DNA of 64,000 nt, from NCBI RefSeq assembly GCF_964355755.1, contig NC_092680.1, positions 434,001 to 498,000 of the forward strand, written 5' to 3'. This stretch comes from Antedon mediterranea (lineage: Eukaryota > Animalia > Echinodermata). Of this stretch, positions 42,620-52,825 are shown piece after piece (within the stretch, counting starts at the first letter, position 1; the number at the start of each line of letters is the position of its first letter). Position numbers and translations under genes: made by a program. The notes beneath the pieces are model-generated. The model did no database searches and was not told the origin of the DNA. It saw only the letters and a list, made by a program, of their open reading frames with translations.

Positions 42620-43335
42620 AAATATACTATAAAAATGTATTTCTTATTTTACTAAAAAAATCATGAGTCTCCTCTCCCTAATTGCCTAAGTCACACAGCT
42701 GACTTAGGCAGAAACACAAAAAGCGATCTGAGCATGTGCAAATGTATATAAAAGTACTCAGATAATGTACAGAGGACAGTATAATGATATAAGCAGTGAG
42801 TTAGGCAGATCATAAGTCAGCTCTCCTCTTAGGAACACAAAAAATATAGTATATTGATATAAGCAGTGAGTTAGGCAGATCATAAGTCAGCTCTCCTTAA
42901 TTGCCTAAGTCACACAGCTGACTTAGGCAGAAACACAACAAATATAGTATATTGATATAAGCAGTGAGTAAGGCAGAAAAACAAAACAAAAATTATGTCT
43001 TAGACACTTTTGTTATGAGGCTGTCGATATCATCTATATACAACAAATTCTACCTTTAAGTAACAAAATTTAATAGCATCAGCTCTTCAGATTAAAATTA
43101 ACACTGATGATTTTAGAAAAGGAAAGTAGCAATAAAAGCGAAAAAATTTGTAACAAATGGGTTAAAAAATATACTATAAAAATGTATTTCTTATTTTATT
43201 TAAAAAATCATGAGTCTCCTCTCCTTAACTGCCTAAGTCACATAGCTGACAGTCACATAGCTGACTTAGGCAGAAACACAAAAAAACGATCTGAGCATGT
43301 GCAAATGTATATAAAAGCACTCAGATAATGTACAG
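42618..43335. repeat. Complex local duplication with TGCCTAAGTCA..TGACTTAGGCA hairpins
   Basis: 42618-42772 recurs at 43166-43334, and internal segments are repeated at 42785-42978. Confidence 0.8.
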
Positions 43336-43357
43336 AAGTAAGAAGTAAGGAGTAAGA

Positions 43358-43622
43358 AGTATGATCTAGATGATATATTGTTTACAAGGGGAAGAGTATG
43401 ATCTAGATGATATATTGTTTACAAGGGGAAGAGTATGATTTAGATGATATATTGTTTACAAGGGGAAGAGTATGATCTAGATGATATATTGTTTACAAGG
43501 GGAAGAGTATGATCTAGATGATATATTGTTTACAAGGGGAAGAGTATGATCTAGATGATATATTGTTTACAAGGGGAAGAGTATGATCTAGATGATATAT
43601 TGTTTACAAGGGGAAAAGTATG
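43358..43622. repeat. 37-bp tandem repeat, 7 copies
   Basis: Unit AGTATGATCTAGATGATATATTGTTTACAAGGGGAAG. Confidence 0.97.
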
Positions 43623-44375
43623 TTCTCTCTTGGTTTAGGTGAACTGAATGCTTAAAAACATTGACGCGCGCTGTCATTAGGCGTCGAAGTAATGATTATT
43701 GTTTAAACGTTTGTATTATAGCATGCCTAACAATGATTCGCGCTGTTATATCCTTGGATTGAATGAATATGGTATTTGAAAATAAATAATATGTGCAGTT
43801 TAAATATTTATTTTTTTTTATTTCTCTGTCTTGCATTTTGTATGATCTCGGTATTTTGAACAACACGAAAAGAATTATCTAACCATAAACATTCATTATT
43901 TACAATAGCCTATTAAAATGAAAAATTTACAAACGATGAAAATGTCTCATAGAATATTATCAGGAAAATAAATATGTCAAGGGTGAATATTGAGACTACC
44001 AGAGTAAAATAGTACAGTACAATAGGAATGTGATTAATTACAGTGCATATATATATATATTGATTAAAGTACTTGATTTGATGTTGGATATTCCATTCCC
44101 TAGTACTAAATAATTGCATATAGACTTTATATAACTACAGCTTATGGTAATGTTTTGAATATATAAATATATATAACTTTTTCAATTTCACAATTCATGC
44201 ATCAGAAATTAGTCGTAGGTTGTTTTTCAGTTGGCTTATACATTGAAATTCACGTGTATAATTCGTCTAGTGAAAAAACACATTTCCCAAAATGCTTGAT
44301 TGCAGCACAATATTATACTGTACTTTTTGTGAAATGGAAGAATGATAATTATAAATATTATTTTATCAAAAATAG

Positions 44376-47300
44376 TTATTTAGTAGGTGACTTTTTTGTT
44401 GGTCTTTGCAAGCCGCTGGTGGGTCTAGCAATGCGGCTAGGTGTAGCACCAACACTGTTGTGTCTTATCGTTTTAGCCTTCTGTCCAGGAGTACCAGATT
44501 GCACAATGTCCTCAGTTTTGTTAGTTGATTTGTCTACCACTAAATCTTGCTTATTTCTGTTCCCTTTTACAGTACTGCTTTTTTTTTGTCCACTGTTTGG
44601 CTTCTTAGCTGTGACGGCCCTTACTGGTGTTTTATTCACTGAAGAAAGATCACCTCTTTCAGATGATGGGCCAACAGGGGTTTTACTCTCCTCCGTAGCA
44701 TTCAAGTCTTCTAGAATTTCTGGTTTGGGTGTAAATATATTTTGAACCTCTTCTTTAAATTGTTCCCTTTGCTGTTTAACCTCCTCTATTTCATCAGTAA
44801 GCCGATCCCGTTCTGCTACGCATTTTTTTGATTGGATGTCGATTGACATAAAGAATTGACGGCCGAATCCACTTAACGCTTTTTTAGTATCTGCGTTATT
44901 TTCAGGAGAAAGTGATCTCACAACATCTGAAAGCTATGATATATAAAATAAACTTTAATCAACACAACTGTCAGGTCTGTTATTCATATTTTTTCATCAG
45001 CCTCAAGTTGCACAAAAATTCTTTAAATCTTTTTACAAAAAAAAAACTGCAATAGAACCATTAAATGGAAACATAAATTAGAACTTTTACCGTTCAATAG
45101 AATGAACACTGAACGACATGTGATGCGAAATTAACCAATCAAATGGCAATGAAACCATGCTTCATGACGTCTAAGTAATTAGGGTTAGGCAGTGCGACCA
45201 GTAACAGGATTTAAACATCCTTGATGGGTAGACTTTGAATAAAGTGTTTAGATTTAGTATACTTACTGTATCAGCATTTTCTTTAAAAGTTGCCAAGAAA
45301 TCCCTGAGAGCATCTTCAGAAGTTGAATCTCTCAATAATAAAAAGGTATCCAATATATCTATTAAAAAATAAAGTAATATTTATGATGATGAATCAATTA
45401 TTGTTAAAATATAAAGCTCTGTCTAAACTATAAAAAAAAATGGTGATTTTTGATAGTGTAGACAGAGCTTAAAGATGGCATTATTAGTGAACAAAAGATA
45501 GTGTAGACAGAGCTTAAAGATGGCATTATTAGTGAACGAAAGATATTTTATCATAGAATTTTTATTTAAAGATCGTACATCAAATAATTGCTGTGACTAG
45601 AAATGCTTACCTTTCAATGGTTTGCCTAGCATCTGTTGGATGTTGGTCTCAAACGTAGTGTAGGAATCACTGGTAAAAACAAATAAAGAAATGAGGCTAA
45701 ACCACAAGCAAAATTAATAATTCAATTTCAATTTCTTTATTTTTCGGAAATATTTCATCCATATAAAAAAAAACTCTAAGCTAAATATATAGGATACCTC
45801 TCCATCTACAATACATTTTTTATTTTGTTTTCAAACATACACTTATTCGCAATTGACATTTGTGTGTCCAAAAAGAGGAACAAATTAAAAAAATAAACAA
45901 TTTGCTAAATTAGAAAATAAACTTATTTTAATTAAAAAAATTAAACTCGAAATGAACAAAGCAAATTATAGTGTCAATCAACATTAAAATAGAACATTCA
46001 AATCAACAATTTTTATTGTTATTTTTAAATACCTGACAGCTTTGAATAGTGACTGCATGTAGTCTACTTGTAGCTGGTATATTGCCTGGTGATATTTTAA
46101 TTCTTCCGCACAAGCTTTTGCCTACAAGAAAATGAATAAATTAATAAAAATAAAAACAAATTTTTACAATGGTATAAAACATGATTAAAATTTTAGTAAA
46201 TATTTAAAAAGCAAAACATTTAATTTGATTTAGTGTTTATTAATTGTAATGAAAACTCAATTGTCAATAACTCATAGGGTCTTATTAAACCAGAGATTAT
46301 TTAGTCACAATATTATTATCATACAATTACCTCCAATCGTACAACTTGCCGTGAGTAACTGCATGCTTTTGCCAGAGCTGTAACCATTCGCTTACCCTAA
46401 AAATGAAAATATACACTAGAGAGGTTTCGCAATCTTATGAATACGATAACGAAAACGGATACGTCACGCACACATATTCGTTTTCGCAAGCCAGTAAAAA
46501 TCTGTTTCGCATGGTAACGAAATATTGAGGTGCGTCCAAAATATGGACTGCGGTAAATTTGAGCGAAGCGCAGGTACGTGTTGCTTGGTGGTTGGCTGCC
46601 TAGGCCTAGCGTAACATCAAAGCGAGTGAGGACTTTAAAAACTGCTAGTTATCAAAATTGACTTGGCCTTTTAGTAAATTACTTTTATTAAATTACTTTC
46701 AATAAATCTATAATTATATTATAATCATGAATCATTCCTGATTCAAATGCAAAATGTGCAAAATAGATCAAAAATTATACTCGTTTTGTAGTTACGAATA
46801 TGACTGGTGATATTCGTTAACACAAATACGCTTTACGAATATGAAATAGGGATCAGCTCAAAAGTTTCACAAATGTATAACGTATCCGTTTTCGTTATCG
46901 TATTCGTAAGGTTGCGAAACCTCCCTATTAAATACTGCATTACAAACACTGGCTTAGAATAACACAATGTTTGAGGACTGGCCATACAATCCAAACATAC
47001 AGGTTAAAGTGGCTGGTAAATAATTGCTTTAGAGTATGGGCTATTCATACATCCATTATGTAGCCTTTCAAAGTCACAATGCATTTCAACATACAGTTCT
47101 AGTTTGACAAAAAAATGTACCCAAATATGGTAGTGATATCCCCAAATATGGTAGTGATATGACATCATCATGTCCATATATGGGCACACACATAAAGTTT
47201 GATAGTGCAGACAGAGCTTTAGTCTATTTTTTACTAACCTCTTGCTGCTTATTGCGAGGAAAACTGGGTAAAGCCGCTAATATCATGTCGGTTGTTACAT

Positions 47301-50300
47301 CAGCAACTGGTGGTTTGTTTAATATAGGCTGAAAATATTCATTCATTTTTTATTTCATTATTCTGATAAAATACATACAAACTTGAATTTGATTGTGATA
47401 TTATGTATAGTAATATTGAATAGTACAAAAATAGAATTTGATTGTGATATTATGTATAGTAATATTGAATAGTACAAAAATAGAATTTGATTGTGATATT
47501 ATGTATAGTAATATTGAATAGTACAAAAATAGAATTTGATTGTGATATTATGTATAGTAATATTGAATAGTACAAAAATAGAATTTGATTGTGATATTAT
47601 GTATAGTAATATTGAATAGTACAACAATAAAATTTGATTGTGATATTATGTATAGTAATATTGAATAGTACAAAAATAGAATTTGATTGTGATATTATGT
47701 ATAGTAATATTGAATAGTACAAAAATAGAATTTGATTGTGATATTATGTATAGTAATATTGAATAGTACAAAAATAGAATTTGATTGTGATATTATGTAT
47801 AGTAATATTGAATAGTACAAAAATAGAATTTGACTGTGATATTATGTATAGTAATATTGAATAGTACAAAAATAGAATTTGATTGTGATATTATGTATAG
47901 TAATATTGAATAGTACAAAAATAGAATTTGATTGTGATATTATGTATAGTAATATTGAATAGTACAACAATAGAATTTGATTGTGATATTATGTATAGTA
48001 ATATTGAATAGTACAAAAATAGAATTTGATTGTGATATTATGTATAGTAATATTGAATAGTACAACAATAGAATTTGATTGTGATATTATGTATAGTAAT
48101 ATTGAATAGTACAAAAATAGAATTTGTTGTATTTTTTTAATTTCTTGTAGCAAAAGTTTCTCAATTGAATCCTGTTACAAAAACCTTTGAAATTGTTATC
48201 AATAATATAATAGACATTTTAAACTTATAAATGCTCTCTCAAATCAACTTACCCACGGTGCAGAAGGCACTAAAATTGACAAGGATATGAGATCTCGACA
48301 ACACTGTTCTAGAGACTTTTCACATTTAGCCAGTTGTCCTGACAATCGTTGGACAACAGGCAATCCAAGGTTCTGATTGGTGTATAGAGGTTGTTTAAAA
48401 TCATGTGACCAGAATAGTTTCAAAGACTGATGAAGAGCATTTAAATTCTTTTGTAGAGCAAATAATTTGGACTCCAATTTGGCCTGGAAAAAAACCCCCA
48501 AAAACCCAAATTATTAAATTTGAAAATAAAAGAATAATGTTCCTTATGGTATGCTTCTTAAAAAATGGGATATGCACAAATATGGAAGTGATATTCCCAA
48601 ATATGGTAGTGATATTCCCAAATATGGAAGTGATATTCCCAAATATGGTAGTGCTATGACATCATGTCCATTTATGGGCACATCATATTTTGTTGTCGCA
48701 TAAACTTTGATAGTGTAGACAGAGCTTTATATACAACTAGCAAAGACACCCATCCCAGGAATAATCTCCTCCTTGATGCCTATTTTCAAATGTAATTTAA
48801 AAAATACAATACAATTCTGGTCATTTTGATTCCATGTGTATATACTGTATGCATAGAAGCAAATCTATTATTGTTGAGTTCAAAAAATAATTCTGGTACA
48901 GTATTTATTTTGTTAATACTCACCACATGTTTTAAACTAATATGTTCAGTATTTCCATTGCACACATCAAAGATTGTCATCTCTTTAGCCTGGCCATGCT
49001 TAATAAACTCTCCCATGTATAGCACAGGCTTAGCTAGCCTTTCTGTTGAGTTATTCTATAGAAAGAAATCAGAAATTTGTTTCAGCAAACCAACAGCTGA
49101 TAATGGCATATTTAAAATGTTTTTTCATGAAGAATCAATTCACAAATCCTTTGATGCCCGATGTGAGAGATTGATTGGACGCTTGGATTATTTCTGATAA
49201 TAACAAGTGATTCAACTGAAACTTAGTACTAGATTTTTAGAATAAAATTCCTTGTGTCTATGTCTTGTAGAAAGAAAACAATTCTAAAATCATTAATTAG
49301 GTAACTAATTTACAAGTGACTATCTGCTTACTTCTATATTTTTGTAGAGGCGATGACGAGCACCTTCTAGATTTTCTATAACTTTTGTTAGTTGTGATCT
49401 TTCAATTGGTACAGTTGGACCATAAACACCACTTGCTAGTAAATCTCTGTTAAATTAATATACACTAAGTAACAATAATATATATTACCTGATATTCTTT
49501 GAATGGTCAATGCAAAACAAGAGAAAACAATGTCAAATCATTCTAGAAACCAGTAAGAATTATGAGAACTTTTACAACTCTACAACTGTCCTAATTTGCA
49601 AGGCAATTTTACTCAAATTTTTGATGAAGAAAAACTTCTTTAAAATGGTTGAGTTGATTCAGTTACAGTTACTCAACTTCATTTACACTACCTCATTGAA
49701 TCTGCTGTCGATTGAAGAGTGTTTTCAACCACCAGCAAGACATCTGATCTGGAGGACAAGGCATGTGATTGTAAAAGAATCTGTCGTTCAAGCTGTACAA
49801 GCTGTGATTTTAACAAGTTTACACGCATTTCATCAAACTTTTCTGAGGGCGCTTCTTGAACAAGTTGCTTGTATAGCGATCTGGAACAACAAAATAAAAG
49901 TTTCATTTATCAAACAATTAGGGGGGGGGCCTTTTTGGGGTTATGAAGGTGTCCCATTGATAGAGGTTCTCCTTTAGTACTGTATGTGTATCACTAACCT
50001 TAGCTGGGGTTCTCCTTTAGTACTGTATGTGTACCACTAACCTTAGCTCCGCAAGTTCTTCTTTTAACTGTTTATTCTCTTCTTTCAGGCCCTAAAAAAT
50101 AATGTTTTAAGTTATTTACAAACATGTTAAATCTTTTCTCTACTCAGGATCGATATTAGCAGGATGTCTGATGATGTTTGTGCTAGAGGGCGCTATATTT
50201 GGTGGGGAAAAACATTAAAACAATTTTATAAAGATTAACAGGACTTCAGTTACTGCCAAGATTATATAATACATTACATTCATTGGTCAATTTTCCTGCC

Positions 50301-50400
50301 CTGAGCTCAAAATCTCTATCCCAAACCCGGAATACAAACGATTACTGTACTGTGTATCAATTTCAAATAATAATGTCCTCACCTTAATTTCATTCTCCAT
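44376..50400 (-). CDS. Uncharacterised 562-aa protein with N-terminal coiled coil, helical core and basic disordered C-terminal tail
   Basis: 12 coding exons with canonical splice sites and consistent phase, 1689 nt: 50400-50383, 50091-50042, 49880-49692, 49446-49332, 49055-48924, 48483-48253, 47328-47239, 46396-46331, 46121-46033, 45669-45611, 45358-45267, 44933-44376. The ATG is in an acaATGg context with an in-frame TAA upstream. Protein: MENEIKGLKEENKQLKEELAELRSLYKQLVQE...SLSILVPSAPWP...EELKYHQAIYQLQ...KKSPTK. Confidence 0.85.
45415..45514. mobile_element. Internally deleted Harbinger-type MITE with duplicated right end
   Basis: TIRs at 45415 and 45469 with TAA TSD. The right TIR plus flank is repeated at 45497-45543. 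Confidence 0.7.
46418..46926. mobile_element. MITE with ~47-bp TIRs (PIF/Harbinger-ISL2EU group suspected)
   Basis: AGAGAGGTTTCGCAATCTTATGAATACGATAACGAAAACGGATACGT has an inverted copy ending at 46926. Flanks are ACT / ATT. Confidence 0.8.
47099..47218. mobile_element. Harbinger-type MITE, left-truncated
   Basis: Internal CCCAAATATGGTAGTGATAT units and right TIR AGTTTGATAGTGCAGACAGAGCT. Confidence 0.7.
47385..48126. repeat. 49-bp tandem repeat, 15 copies
   Basis: Unit TAGAATTTGATTGTGATATTATGTATAGTAATATTGAATAGTACAAAAA. Confidence 0.97.
48560..48726. mobile_element. Harbinger-type MITE, left-truncated
   Basis: Four 21-bp internal units and right TIR TTTGATAGTGTAGACAGAGCT. Confidence 0.7.
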
Positions 50401-50808
50401 TGTTGATGTTTTTGCTTAGGAAGAGCCAATGCAGAAATGCTGAACTGAAAGTTAAAAAAACAAATTATCTAGCCAAGCTAGGCCTAGACCTCTAGGGTAG
50501 GTTATTTAAGATATCCTCTCCGAGGCTAGACCCAAGCTTCTGCTATGGCCTAGCTAGGATAGGCCTACTAGAGGAGGTCTTGGCTAGGCCTCTTATTAGA
50601 GCCTCTGGGCCTAGGTAGGCCTAGTTCTTCTCGTACTAGGCCTAGGCCTACTGTACTAGCCTAGAGAGAGGCTAGCTAGAGGCCTAGTTATGCCTAGCCT
50701 TTAATAATATTAATAGCCTAATAACTAGGCCTAGATTAGGTAGTAAGCATAGGCCCTTAAAAATAAGTTAGCTAAGCTTACAGATGTGTTTACACCAATT
50801 AGGCCTAC

Positions 50809-50940
50809 CGCACCGCACATGAGCTGGTCTTTCCGCCCGGGACGAGAGAGGCGCGCGACTGTGACTTATGTTGTCGGGAGTCGATCACCGTTAGCATGCG
50901 TCGCAACGAGCGTCACAACGATGAAATTGACGTTTTTAAA
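50809..50940 (-). promoter_or_regulatory. Probable non-coding first exon and promoter of the uncharacterised gene
   Basis: This is a local CpG/GC-rich patch in AT-rich DNA. A minus-strand donor GCG|GTAGGC at 50808 could pair with the acceptor at about 50445, upstream of the ATG exon. Confidence 0.5.
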
Positions 50941-51333
50941 GACTACAATATTGAAGAATAAATTTGGTGAAAGGTTCTTATATTATTATTGACTTATCCC
51001 CCACTCACAAACTTCCTTGCATTGAGCTTTTTAAATTCTAAAAAAAAATACAATATAATCAAATTCCAATTTCTTCACAAAATATGATTTAATTCAAGTA
51101 ATTTCATATTGCTAATGATCAAGAAATTTACAAAAACCATAAATCCATGTCATACAAAAACAGTGAACACAAGCAATATAATATTTATAACTAACTCTAA
51201 CACAATACTGTAGACTAACATTAGACCTAAAAAAGAGGTTTGTTTGCAAGTGCAGAAAAATTAGACAATTATGAGTTTACAGCAGATTCAGTCAGGGAAG
51301 AGTACTGTAACTCTTCCTGATTTTAGTGAAGAC

Positions 51334-51509
51334 TAGACTTGCTCCAAGTCTGTATTGTTTTTTATTTTTATTTATTTGTTTTTATTTCGACCGCGATTTT
51401 TGTCTGAGAGTATCCAAACTCAAGTAATACACGTATGAAACGCCATATGTGCAAAAATATTTATATTTTTACTAATATTAAGAAAAAACTCCGTCTGGAT
51501 CCCAGACTA
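51334..51509. mobile_element. Non-autonomous DNA transposon, AcademH-like
   Basis: It begins TAG and ends CTA with degenerate TIRs, and has a perfect 9-bp TSD AGTGAAGAC (51325-51333, 51510-51518). Confidence 0.6.
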
Positions 51510-52825
51510 AGTGAAGACATGAGAAAAAAGATTTGAGATTGATAGCATTTGAGAGCATTTGAGAGCAAACAAACAATTTAGGCCTTATTTACATACCAAC
51601 AATGATTGCAAAAATAAAGAGAAAAAATTATAACCAATCTGTTTTACAATAAAAAATGTCCTAAATGTTTTTTTTAACCACCACAGACAAGACCGTAGCG
51701 AGAGGATAAAAACAGACGAGGCATATGTATGTCCAATGATGGGGGTATATTACACCTCAATGGTCCAATGGAATTTACCCTAAGCTATGTCATTGTTATC
51801 TAAATTGTCTTTGTTCTCTCTCATATTGATCTACACATTTTACAAATTAAAAATTACAATTCTATTCCACATTATTCAAGAATTTTTTAAGCCTCTATAA
51901 TTTTTAGTAAAATTGTAATATTAGAATTTACTAGTAATAAGAACCATGTATGTTTGTTTATATTTAATATAAATTCTTAATAAATTGACATTTAATATCA
52001 TTAAATAAATTACATTAACACATAGTATTTCCCATTAAAATTTACACCATTAAGAAATAATAATATTTTAGATTAAAAATATTATTTTTAATTATATAAG
52101 ACAAAGAAACTATGTAGAAAAAAACATACATATACATACTGTACTAAGTAAGTAAGTTGTCAATTGTTAGTAGACCTCAAGGCAGGCAAATTGTACAAAA
52201 TCAGTTACTCAAACCATGGACCTATAAATTAAAGCCTAATTTATAGGTCCATGCTCAAACCGAGATAACATTACATTTTCACACAATTCATAATATTATA
52301 TCATTTTTCATGTTAATTATTAAAATTAGATTCAAATACACCTTGCTGGACATTTGCAATACTATACTGAAATAATGTTAGTATTACCAGTAATATAATG
52401 TTACTATATAAATAAAAATAAAGTATAACCCCATTCACCACAATAAATTGAATCATTATTACCATACATGACCGAGAATAGCCCCAGGGGCCTGTTTATG
52501 AAACTTGGTGATAATTAGGAAGTGTCAAAGAGAATAGTTCTCCTGTATACATAGACAATTATACTGTATTACTATGGCCAATGCTATGATGTACCTGTAT
52601 GCACTCTTGCAGCATTTTTCTTTCTAATAAATAATTCATTGCATTGCAAATTTTCTAATGAAATTAATGTATCCTATGTAATAATGATGTATAGAACTAC
52701 ATTGATATTCATTAGGTAAATAAATTGAATACATGGGGTTTACCTAAAAGTTATTTTAAGCTTTTACCACTGCCTCTAGTTTCTCTAAAAATAGTTTAAT
52801 ACATGGGGTTTACCTACAAGTTATT

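Noticed and set aside
44197-44745. 182-aa + strand ORF
   Set aside because: It is the antisense shadow of the last exon of the minus-strand gene, with no independent support.
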